This document shows, piece after piece, positions 9,721 through 17,878 of a stretch of 64,000 bases of DNA (its first letter is position 1; each line of letters begins with the position of its first letter). The position numbers and the translations under genes are program-made. This stretch comes from a candidate division Zixibacteria bacterium RBG_16_53_22. GTDB taxonomy: Bacteria; Zixibacteria; MSB-5A5; UBA10806. The DNA is taken from positions 16,350-80,349 of the forward strand of contig MEWP01000131.1 of assembly GCA_001775395.1 (NCBI GenBank), written 5' to 3'. Under the pieces are notes generated by a model. The model was not told the origin of the DNA. It did no database searches and worked only from the letters and a program-made list of their open reading frames with translations.

Positions 9721-10149
9721 CTAGTAGGCTGTTATTATTTGTGACGGGGTGTTTGATCGATTTTCCTGCTTGTCATATGCATAAAAAATAAACGTGTAAT
9801 CACCGGATTGGCTGGTGGGCAGCGGTGATGGAATAATATAAGTATAGCAACCATCGTTGGCGGTGGAGTCTCCATTGACCCCATCGTCATGCAAGAGAAA
9901 CCGAATGCCGTTGGAGGTGCTGTCCGGCCTGGTTACCATGTAATAAACAGAATCGATATCATCCAATCCGTCGGGATCAAATGCGTTAACGGCTAAATAC
10001 GAGGAATCGGGCGAGCCTTTTTCCAGCGAATCGGGCGCGACAAGGTCGAATAATACAGGACCATACCGGACGTCGATGACCTTTTTCTCGCAAGAAATAG
10101 CGACCAAAATGGATAAAATTGCTGCGCTAAAGCTGAATTTTGTTAACAT
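9721..10149 (-). CDS. Small lipoprotein with Asp-rich (possibly Ca-binding) motifs
   Basis: Signal peptide plus lipobox (LVAISC). Motifs DPDGLDD and HDDGVNGDSTANDG. It is the first gene of the T9SS mini-operon. Confidence 0.5.
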   Translation of the reverse strand: MLTKFSFSAAILSILVAISCEKKVIDVRYGPVLFDLVAPDSLEKGSPDSSYLAVNAFDPDGLDDIDSVYYMVTRPDSTSNGIRFLLHDDGVNGDSTANDGCYTYIIPSPLPTSQSGDYTFIFYAYDKQENRSNTPSQIITAY

Positions 10150-10249
10150 CGGGCCGCCTATTAATTAAAGTTGTTACCCCAAAAAGCATTAGTAAATTAT
10201 AATAGGCGGCCTCCGATCTAAAGTAAAGATAAAAAAGGGGTTAATGTAA

Positions 10250-11182
10250 TTAAGATCGTATTTTTTCGGGGTAAAGCGCGGCTCCAAATCTCAGGCCTCC
10301 GGTTGAAACTACAAGTGTATCTTGCTCTATTATACTCAGGAAGGCCAGAAATATTCCCAAGCCCGGCAAAATAAGTTCGGCCCGATCTGGATCAAATGGA
10401 ATCAACTCCCGGCGCCGGGCCAGATTGGCATGCTCAAATTTATGGGCAAGCTTCGAAAGAAGGTCCAAAGTCAGGGGCGACCCGTGAATACGCGCAGGAA
10501 CATAATTTATGAGACCAGCTATCACAGCGGCCGCTGAGGTAATAGTGCCGCCGGTGGCAATGACAGCGGAATTTCCCAGGCTTGGGAATTCCGCCAGCGG
10601 GTTCATCAGATAGTCGACCCCCCGTCCTGTGTAATAGCCATAGAGGTCCTCGGTATCATCTGGAAGCGATTCAAGAAGCTTGAGCGCACCTATCGGGATG
10701 CTTTTAGAATCGAGGATCGTCCCTTTCGATGCAGCCGCCAATTCCGTTGAGCCGCCGCCAACATCGATCAGGATGATTTCGTCAGTCGACAAATCCAGGT
10801 TATACATGGCTCCAAGAAAAGATAATTCGGCTTCATTGCTGCCTGAAATTATTTGAAGATCGAGGCTGGTTTCCCGTTTCAAGGCCTTGGCGAATTCATC
10901 TGAATTTTCGGCCAATCTTAGGGCCTCAGTGCCCAGAAGATAAGCAGCCTCCCATTCCGATTCTCGCACGAACCGCGTGACCGCTGCTGCTGTTCGCTGC
11001 ATAGCTGATTCAGTGAGTCTCCTGGCCGATATTGACCCTTCTCCCAGACGCGTGGTGGCCTTCTTATCGGAAATGACCTCCAAACTCCTGCCATCAACCC
11101 GCGCCACGAGGGCCAGCGTTGAATTTGTGCCTATATCGACTACGAGGCGTTGTTCAGCGGGCACTGATAGAGCTCTTTCCAA
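10250..11182 (-). CDS. Ppx/GppA family phosphatase (short form)
   Basis: LVVDIGTNSTLALVA N-terminal motif and IDVGGGSTEL second ASKHA motif. 310 aa. Confidence 0.8.
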   Translation of the reverse strand: MERALSVPAEQRLVVDIGTNSTLALVARVDGRSLEVISDKKATTRLGEGSISARRLTESAMQRTAAAVTRFVRESEWEAAYLLGTEALRLAENSDEFAKALKRETSLDLQIISGSNEAELSFLGAMYNLDLSTDEIILIDVGGGSTELAAASKGTILDSKSIPIGALKLLESLPDDTEDLYGYYTGRGVDYLMNPLAEFPSLGNSAVIATGGTITSAAAVIAGLINYVPARIHGSPLTLDLLSKLAHKFEHANLARRRELIPFDPDRAELILPGLGIFLAFLSIIEQDTLVVSTGGLRFGAALYPEKIRS

Positions 11183-12551
11183 CGCGGGATTTTGCGGGGC
11201 CCGTGGAATCGGTCATCGTGAGCCATAGCAATTCACCTTGACCTACCAGACTGCCCTGTGTGAAAACATAATCTGGAATATTTAGATAACGATACCTGCT
11301 TCGGATAACCTGCCAATAGAACCTGGCCAGTTCCACGGCCTCGCACTCCGGCAAGATCATGTCGGCGGCAGGCGTAATCTCGTCCTCGGAAAGTTCCAGT
11401 CTCGGCTGGGTGCGGCAAAGGCGGATGGCACGGGTGGTCATATTATCAAGGTCGGGCATCTTGAACGCCGGGACATATAAATAAAATGCATTTTTGGCCT
11501 TATTCTTGGCTATCAAAGGAATCTCTCCGGTGAGGATTTTTGCAAATTCGCCGACACTGCTTTCGCCCCTGCCACCCTTGAATTGGAAACGCCAATACGG
11601 AAAATAGTCCTTTCCCTGCTCGTGCAAGGCCGACCTGGTCTTTGTAAGCCTGTAACCATCAGATACGACAATATATGATTTATGGCAATTCCGACAATAA
11701 TAAATAAGCGAAAACTCGGAAACGGGCAAATCCGCTCCGCAATTGGGGCATCGATGCGGTATCGGTTTGAATTCGTCGCCAATTACCAGGCCGGTTTCTC
11801 CCGATCTATCTTCAAATGGCTCAGATGTCTCGTTGATAATCCTTTTTGAAAGACCATCGATAAAATAGGTGACCGGCATCCCGCCAACGGTGGCCGACAG
11901 GGCCCAGACCGGATAATAGATTATCGAGAGCCCCTCCCCTATCATCTCGGAGATGACATGTTCCTTACCCTCGAGGGCGAAACCGAGATTAAACGCGAAC
12001 ATGCCCATAGCTGATTGTTTAGCATCGTCAGGACTTACTCTGATACCGAGAGGAATCGACCTCGGGAGCAAGATGTCTTTAGCAAAAACGCTTAAAGGAA
12101 TGACCTCCGGCCGCACGCCGAGGCTCTCCAGGCCGAATGCCTTATTCTCGAAAGCTGGAATAGTCAGATCAAAATGACGGCATCTCTGATGAAAAATGGT
12201 CTTGCTCGGTATGACAGCCTGATCGAGCTCGATCTCATCATCTTCGTATTTTTTCTCAGACATGAGCGAATAAGACATGCCCCGGAAACGATAAAATGGA
12301 AGGAAATACAACCGGGTTGTGTCTAAAGCCACGGTGGACAAACGGCCATTGTCCCTCAGATGTTTCTCGACTGCGCATTTCAAGGCGAAGTTATCGAGGT
12401 CGCTTGGATAATAATATTTCAGGATCCTGCCTGGCGCCCCGATCCGCATAACCAGCCCGCAAAATACGCATTGCATGCTGATAGCACCCTCGAGTGTCAA
12501 GAGAGACGAGCCACATCCGGGACAGTTGAAACTGGTCTTGTAATCGGCCAT
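11154..12551 (-). CDS. Double zinc-ribbon protein with an internally duplicated module (function unknown)
   Basis: The module CPGCG..CVFCG + YYYPSD..LYFLPFYRFRG repeats as CPNCG..YCRNCH + ..DYFPYWRFQFKG..FYLYVPAF. Its 3' end overlaps the ppx start by 29 nt. Confidence 0.6.
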   Translation of the reverse strand: MADYKTSFNCPGCGSSLLTLEGAISMQCVFCGLVMRIGAPGRILKYYYPSDLDNFALKCAVEKHLRDNGRLSTVALDTTRLYFLPFYRFRGMSYSLMSEKKYEDDEIELDQAVIPSKTIFHQRCRHFDLTIPAFENKAFGLESLGVRPEVIPLSVFAKDILLPRSIPLGIRVSPDDAKQSAMGMFAFNLGFALEGKEHVISEMIGEGLSIIYYPVWALSATVGGMPVTYFIDGLSKRIINETSEPFEDRSGETGLVIGDEFKPIPHRCPNCGADLPVSEFSLIYYCRNCHKSYIVVSDGYRLTKTRSALHEQGKDYFPYWRFQFKGGRGESSVGEFAKILTGEIPLIAKNKAKNAFYLYVPAFKMPDLDNMTTRAIRLCRTQPRLELSEDEITPAADMILPECEAVELARFYWQVIRSRYRYLNIPDYVFTQGSLVGQGELLWLTMTDSTGPAKSRVGKSSISAR

Positions 12552-12563
12552 TTTCGACCGCTT

Positions 12564-13685
12564 TTATTCGTTTCCGGCCAGACGCTCGCCGCAATTGGTG
12601 CAGAATTTCGATCCGGGAGTCAGCCTGGCACTGCATTTGGGGCAAACCGGCTTCTCACCAAGCTTTTTCCCGCAGGCGAAACAGAAATTGGCTTCCAGTG
12701 GCAAATCGGCGCCGCATTCGGGGCACTTATTCGCCGATACAATAGGGTTACCGCACTTGTAGCAGAATCGAGAATTCTGCGGCGTATCAATGCCGCATTT
12801 CTGGCATGTGATGGTCGGCAATGCCTCGGTCTTCAGATCGCGCTCGTTCGGCGAAAATGCGTTGGATAGCATCGCAGGCACCATCAGGCCAATACCAGCC
12901 CCCAGCCCCATGCCGGCCCCGGCCTGGGCAGGGTCACTGCCCGACGACATCGCCTTGGCCAGTGAATACTTGAGGAATTTGTTGAGGTCCCCAACAGCCG
13001 CCATCGAGGACTTCTCGTCGATCATCTTCTGGACCTCGTCCGGAGGGGTAATGGAGGTGATATAAAAATCAATAAGCTCCATGCCATATTTGCCGAATTC
13101 ATTGGCGATCTTCTCTTTTATCTCGCGGCTCATTTCATCATATCGCTTTGGCAAATCGAGAATGGTATCGAGCCGCTCACCAAAGATGTCATTAATCCTG
13201 GCGACTATAACGTCGCGAAGATAACCGGAGATAATATCTGTCGAAAACGCCGCCTCTCGCCCCACCAGAGAATTGATGAACAAGAGCGGCTCTACAATGC
13301 GGCAGGTGTAGACTCCATATCCACGAAGCCGCACCAGGCCCAGCTCCGTGTCACGGAATGCGACCGGATCGCGCGTACCCCATTTGAGATTGGTAAAGAC
13401 TTTGTGATTGATAAAATAGACCTCACACCTGATTGGGGATTTAAAGCCCCACGGCAACGATAGCGTGCGGGTCAAGAGCGGCACGTTGAGCGATGTCAGT
13501 GAGTGCCTTCCCGGACCCAGGATATCGTACCCCTTGCCGGATTTGAAGAAAACGGCCGATTGCGAATCCCTGACGATCAACTGCGCTCCGGCCTTGATAT
13601 CGAGCGAGCCTTTTTCGGGAATGCGGTGAATCATGTCGGTCGGGCTCATGTCGACCCATTCGAGAATCTCCATCATTACTGACAT
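12564..13685 (-). CDS. SPFH/band-7 (stomatin-like, COG4260-type) protein with C-terminal triple zinc ribbon
   Basis: SPFH-like N-terminal region. The C-terminus has CQKCG..CYKCG, CPECG..CFACG and CPKC..CTNCG zinc ribbons. Confidence 0.7.
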   Translation of the reverse strand: MSVMMEILEWVDMSPTDMIHRIPEKGSLDIKAGAQLIVRDSQSAVFFKSGKGYDILGPGRHSLTSLNVPLLTRTLSLPWGFKSPIRCEVYFINHKVFTNLKWGTRDPVAFRDTELGLVRLRGYGVYTCRIVEPLLFINSLVGREAAFSTDIISGYLRDVIVARINDIFGERLDTILDLPKRYDEMSREIKEKIANEFGKYGMELIDFYITSITPPDEVQKMIDEKSSMAAVGDLNKFLKYSLAKAMSSGSDPAQAGAGMGLGAGIGLMVPAMLSNAFSPNERDLKTEALPTITCQKCGIDTPQNSRFCYKCGNPIVSANKCPECGADLPLEANFCFACGKKLGEKPVCPKCSARLTPGSKFCTNCGERLAGNE

Positions 13686-13801
13686 ACCAAGCCTCCAAAT
13701 ATTACAGGTCTTTTTTCATAATCGAATACGCGACTACCCCGCCTATTCTATTATCGGCCGGAATTTGGGCCAATGGAGGATTCCATCCTCGTGCCCCGCC
13801 T

Positions 13802-13948
13802 GGGCGCGATTGCGCGGCCCCGCCCGCGGGGCCCCGGGCGAAAGCCCGTCGCATGTGACATAAACATGCCTCCGATCTCGTCTCAGGCATTCCGGCGGCA
13901 CGCGGGCTTTCGCCCTCCTGGCCCCTTTGGGGCCAGGCGCAATCGCGC
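13802..13948. repeat. GC-rich nested inverted repeat (two ~47-bp arms, each with an internal hairpin)
   Basis: Left arm ggcgcgattgcgc-ggccccgcccgcggggcc-ccgggcgaaagcccg. Right arm is its imperfect reverse complement cgggctttcgccc-tcctggcccctttggggcc-aggcgcaatcgcgcc. A GNRA-like gggc-gaaa-gccc stem-loop is embedded in the left arm. Confidence 0.5.
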
Positions 13949-14039
13949 CGCGCGGCGCAGCCGTTTAAAAAGAAAAACGCGATGGCGGAAGAAAGGCCGT
14001 CGCACGCTAAAATTCGTATTGAATTTATGGGGGAATTAC

Positions 14040-14116
14040 TGGTCGGGGCGAGCCGATTTGAACGGCCGACCACTTGCACCCCAAGCAAGTGCGCTACCAG
14101 GCTGCGCCACGCCCCG
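14040..14116 (-). tRNA. tRNA-Pro (anticodon GGG)
   Basis: Minus-strand sequence CGGGGCGTGGCGCAGCCTGGTAGCGCACTTGCTTGGGGTGCAAGTGGTCGGCCGTTCAAATCGGCTCGCCCCGACCA. Cloverleaf with a 7-bp acceptor stem, anticodon loop TTGGGGT and GTTCAAATC T-loop. CCA is encoded. Confidence 0.9.
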
Positions 14117-14150
14117 AACCGTTTGGATAATAATAAACACTGGTGATAAA

Positions 14151-14492
14151 TCAAGAGAAAAGTTTTAGGATATCCTCGAGTTCAAGCCGGATTTCATGCA
14201 GCAGCGCGCGGGTCCTTTCGGCTGACGAGTTCTCGGTAACCTGCTTGCCTTCTTTCTTGAGAAAATTGCGGGCTCCCTCGATTGTGAAGCCTTGTTCGTA
14301 TAGCAGGCGTTTGATCTGCATTATCCGCTGGATATCCTTGGCCTGGTAAGTGCGATTGCCGGCCCGGTTCTTGCGAGGCTTGATGTGAGGAAATTCCTTC
14401 TCCCAGAATCGCAGCACGTATGGCACAACACCCACCATTTCGGCCACCTCGGAGATGGAATAGTACATTTTCCCTTGAAGTCCTTTTGGCAT
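14151..14492 (-). CDS. MerR family transcriptional regulator
   Basis: N-terminal [27 protein letters not shown] (MerR signature), followed by a coiled-coil tail. Confidence 0.7.
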   Translation of the reverse strand: MPKGLQGKMYYSISEVAEMVGVVPYVLRFWEKEFPHIKPRKNRAGNRTYQAKDIQRIMQIKRLLYEQGFTIEGARNFLKKEGKQVTENSSAERTRALLHEIRLELEDILKLFS

Positions 14493-14496
14493 AATG

Positions 14497-15720
14497 CTAC
14501 GAGCCTTCGGTGCCGCCCATGATATAGGGTCTCAGGCGTGTGACACGCGACTCAACACCCCCTTCGTAGAATATGATTTCGAGTTTATCATCGATGGCAA
14601 CTTGCCTGAAACTCCTGACGGCCTGGCCTTCGCCGTTGCGCACATAAGAATAACCGCGTTCGAGTATGGACCGCGGCGAAACCACCTCGAGTTTTTCGAA
14701 TGTCGATTGGAAGCGTTGCTTGAGCGTGGTCATGCGATGCGACAGATGAATATTGACTAACTTCCGCAGTTCCTCGCAGCGATGGGTCCTCTGGATTATG
14801 ATATCGAGGGGGCGCTTCAGGCCATAGCGGGAACCAAGTTCCACCAACCGCAACTTGAGCTGACTCAGTATATCTGTAATATCATCCCCAAGTCGCCCCA
14901 CCAGCTCATCTACACGCATGGCCAGTTGATTAATATCGGGCGCCGCCATTTCCGCCGCCGCGGATGGTGTTGGGGCGCGCAGGTCGGCGACAAAATCGGA
15001 AATCGAGAAATCTATTTCATGCCCAACAGCCGAGATGACCGGCAGTTCCGACTCGTAGATGGCCCGTGCCACCGTTTCCTCATTGAACGCCCAGAGGTCT
15101 TCTAACGAGCCGCCGCCACGTCCGACTATCAGCAGATCGACCAGTTCCAGCCTATTAAAGCCTCGGATTGCTTTGGCAATTTGCCCTGCCGCGCCTTCGC
15201 CCTGAACCTGCACCGGCCAGATTATGATCTCGACATTCGGCGCCCGGCGCCGGGTTATGTTTAAAATGTCCCTGATAGCGGCGCCTGTAGGCGAGGTTAC
15301 AACGCCGATACGCATCGGAAATCTCGGGATGGGCACTTTGTGGGCGGGATCAAATAGCCCCTCATCGGACAGCCGTCTCTTCAACTCCTGAAAGGCAATC
15401 TCAAGCTCGCCGATCCCGGCTGGTTGTAGACTCGTGATATTTAATTGGTATTGGCCCGATTTTTCATAGACTGTCACCTGTCCAAAAGCCCTGACTTTCA
15501 TACCATCCTGGGGTTCGAAAATCAGCGAATTACCGGCCCATTTCCAGATGACACATTTGATCTGCGCGGCCTGGTCCTTCAATGTAAAATAGCGATGGCC
15601 CGATGAATGCCTGAGGTAATTCGAGATTTCGCCCTCAACCCAAATCCTGACGAAATTACTCTCAAGTAATTCTTTAATTGACCTTGTTAACTCGCTGATT
15701 GTGTATATCTTATCAGACAT
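14497..15720 (-). CDS. xseA: Exodeoxyribonuclease VII large subunit
   Basis: The N-terminal OB-fold region and full-length XseA-like sequence (407 aa) are recognised by eye. Confidence 0.9.
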   Translation of the reverse strand: MSDKIYTISELTRSIKELLESNFVRIWVEGEISNYLRHSSGHRYFTLKDQAAQIKCVIWKWAGNSLIFEPQDGMKVRAFGQVTVYEKSGQYQLNITSLQPAGIGELEIAFQELKRRLSDEGLFDPAHKVPIPRFPMRIGVVTSPTGAAIRDILNITRRRAPNVEIIIWPVQVQGEGAAGQIAKAIRGFNRLELVDLLIVGRGGGSLEDLWAFNEETVARAIYESELPVISAVGHEIDFSISDFVADLRAPTPSAAAEMAAPDINQLAMRVDELVGRLGDDITDILSQLKLRLVELGSRYGLKRPLDIIIQRTHRCEELRKLVNIHLSHRMTTLKQRFQSTFEKLEVVSPRSILERGYSYVRNGEGQAVRSFRQVAIDDKLEIIFYEGGVESRVTRLRPYIMGGTEGS

Positions 15721-15723
15721 ATC

Positions 15724-16614
15724 TTATTGCTTCAACAATCGCCGTATCTTACAGGCCTTGACAGTATTCGACAGCAGCGCCGCAATAGTCATGGGACCGA
15801 CCCCGCCAGGTACAGGCGAAATCGCCCCGGCCACCGCCTTCACCGATTCGAAGTCGACATCTCCCACTACCCTCTTCCCTTTGGGATGCGTTAGATCGGC
15901 AATCTCATTTGTTCCAACGTCTATAACAATCGCCCCAGGCTTGACCATATCGGCGGTTAAGAATCCGGCCTTCCCCATGGCGGCGATTATGATATCCGCC
16001 TGCCTGGTGTATGATACTATGTCTTTGGTGCCGGTATGGCATAGCGTCACGGTGGCATTCGTGAAACTGGTTTTTGAGGCCAGCATGGTAGCCAATGGCT
16101 TGCCGACCAGGAGGCCCCTGCCCAAAATCACCACGTGTTTACCGGCCGGGTTATGGCCGCTGCGATTCAAGAGCTCAACTATTCCCAAAGGCGTGGCCGG
16201 CTCGAAAAGAGGCCGGCCCGCCAACAAAAGCCCCTGATTGAATGGATGAAAGCCATCGACATCCTTGGCGGGATGAATTGTGACCGTGATCGCCGGCTCA
16301 TTTATTCCCTCGGGAAGCGGTGATTGAATCAGGATGCCGTCGATATCTTCTCGCTTGTTGAGCCCGACTATTAGCTCCTGGATTTGATCATGGGAACTGC
16401 TCTTGTCCTTTTTTATGACTTCTGAAAAAATCCCGATTTTTTCGCAGGCCGAGGCCTTCATTCTCACATACAGCGCTGAGGCCGGATTATCGCCGACAAG
16501 CACCGCCGCCAGCCCCGGCACGATCCCCTTGGAACGGAGAGCATCGATCTCGATCTTAAGCTCTTCCTTTATCTGGTCGGCTACTTTCTTGCCATCGATG
16601 ATTTGAGCTGCCAT
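15724..16614 (-). CDS. folD: Bifunctional methylenetetrahydrofolate dehydrogenase/cyclohydrolase
   Basis: FolD motifs YVRMKASACEKIG and GGVGPMT. 296 aa. Confidence 0.9.
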   Translation of the reverse strand: MAAQIIDGKKVADQIKEELKIEIDALRSKGIVPGLAAVLVGDNPASALYVRMKASACEKIGIFSEVIKKDKSSSHDQIQELIVGLNKREDIDGILIQSPLPEGINEPAITVTIHPAKDVDGFHPFNQGLLLAGRPLFEPATPLGIVELLNRSGHNPAGKHVVILGRGLLVGKPLATMLASKTSFTNATVTLCHTGTKDIVSYTRQADIIIAAMGKAGFLTADMVKPGAIVIDVGTNEIADLTHPKGKRVVGDVDFESVKAVAGAISPVPGGVGPMTIAALLSNTVKACKIRRLLKQ

Positions 16615-17435
16615 CAGAATCTCTTCTGGCTTCCCGGCTCGCCCTCCTCGGAGGGCATATTATACATTATTCGCTGAATCGATTTCGCCTTGCCGGTACC
16701 GGGATCGGCCTCTACCACCACCGCGGCCAGGCGCACATCGTCCGTGGCGGTATTGAATTTGTTCGGAAGCGCGTTGATAATGCGATAAAGCGCGTCATTT
16801 ATTTGCACTCCTATAATCGACGTATAAGGGCCTGTCATGCCAACATCGGTGATATAAGCCGTGCCTGACGACAGAACACGCTCGTCCGCTGTCTGGACAT
16901 GGGTATGCGTGCCGAATACGCCGGCTACGCGGCCGTTTAGATACCAACCCATAGCCTGCTTCTCGGAGGTTGCCTCGGCGTGAAAATCGACGAATATGAG
17001 CTTCGTTCTCCTGGAAACCTCGGCGACAATCCTATCCGCGGTCTTGAATGGACAATCGATGTTCCACATGAAAATCCGCCCCTGGAGGTTTATGACGGCT
17101 ACCTCTTCCCCGTTCCGGGCGGTGTAAATATTATACCCCAGGCCGGGAGCTCCCGATGGGTAATTCGCGGGTCTGAGGAGCCGGGGTTCGGCCTCGAAAT
17201 AGGAATGAATCTCCCTGCGATCCCAGATATGGTTGCCCGATGTTTGACAATCGACCCCATACGACGATATTTTCTGAGAGATCTCCTTGGTCAAACCAAA
17301 GCCGGCGGCGGCGTTCTCGACATTGGCTATGACAAAATCGTATTCTGCCCGCTGCTTCTTGCATTCGAATAAATAGCTCGCCAGGCATACGCGCCCTGGC
17401 TTGCCGGTGATATCGCCAACGAAAAGTACTCTCAC
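16614..17435 (-). CDS. ymdB: YmdB-like metallophosphoesterase (TIGR00282 family)
   Basis: [15 protein letters not shown] start, GNH motif and HTH..TAD metallophosphatase motifs. 273 aa. Confidence 0.8.
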   Translation of the reverse strand: MRVLFVGDITGKPGRVCLASYLFECKKQRAEYDFVIANVENAAAGFGLTKEISQKISSYGVDCQTSGNHIWDRREIHSYFEAEPRLLRPANYPSGAPGLGYNIYTARNGEEVAVINLQGRIFMWNIDCPFKTADRIVAEVSRRTKLIFVDFHAEATSEKQAMGWYLNGRVAGVFGTHTHVQTADERVLSSGTAYITDVGMTGPYTSIIGVQINDALYRIINALPNKFNTATDDVRLAAVVVEADPGTGKAKSIQRIMYNMPSEEGEPGSQKRF

Positions 17436-17878
17436 TTATAGCCCCCTCCGAATAACTCCGCGATTGCCCTGTGAATGCGGTGGAAAAATGGAGTGCCCGG
17501 CATATACATCAGCGCGCAACCCTTAATTGGATTGATTCCAAGGCGGCTCACCAGAGCCAATAGATGCCTGTCATAGCAACCCTGCTGCAGCCAGATGTGC
17601 TCGGCGCCGCTGGCCGCGACCTCATCTATTATCGACTGCGCATTTTCAGGCCTGGTGCCGATAATGACCGCCTGCGGCTTCTCGGGAAGCGATTTGAATG
17701 AATCGTAGAAGTTGACGCCGTTGAAATTCCCGCCTTGAGGTCCAATCGCATACACCCTCTTCCCCAGCGCGACAAGCGAGTCGTGGATCGAGCGCGTGAA
17801 ATTGAGCCTGTTTCGCGAAACCCCGACAATTGCAAAGCTGTCCGATTCGTAAAATTGCCTGACCCGATTACTTGGCAT
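17432..17878 (-). CDS. CoA-binding domain protein (YccU-like)
   Basis: AIVGVSRN..RxS...L...G..V..IGP CoA-binding pattern. 148 aa. Confidence 0.65.
   Translation of the reverse strand: MPSNRVRQFYESDSFAIVGVSRNRLNFTRSIHDSLVALGKRVYAIGPQGGNFNGVNFYDSFKSLPEKPQAVIIGTRPENAQSIIDEVAASGAEHIWLQQGCYDRHLLALVSRLGINPIKGCALMYMPGTPFFHRIHRAIAELFGGGYK

Noticed and set aside
13702-14168. ORFs 13702..14154(-) and 13773..14168(+) (150 and 131 aa)
   Set aside because: They lie across the GC-rich inverted-repeat element and the tRNA-Pro gene. Both are Arg/Pro/Gly-rich with no domain, so they are composition artefacts.
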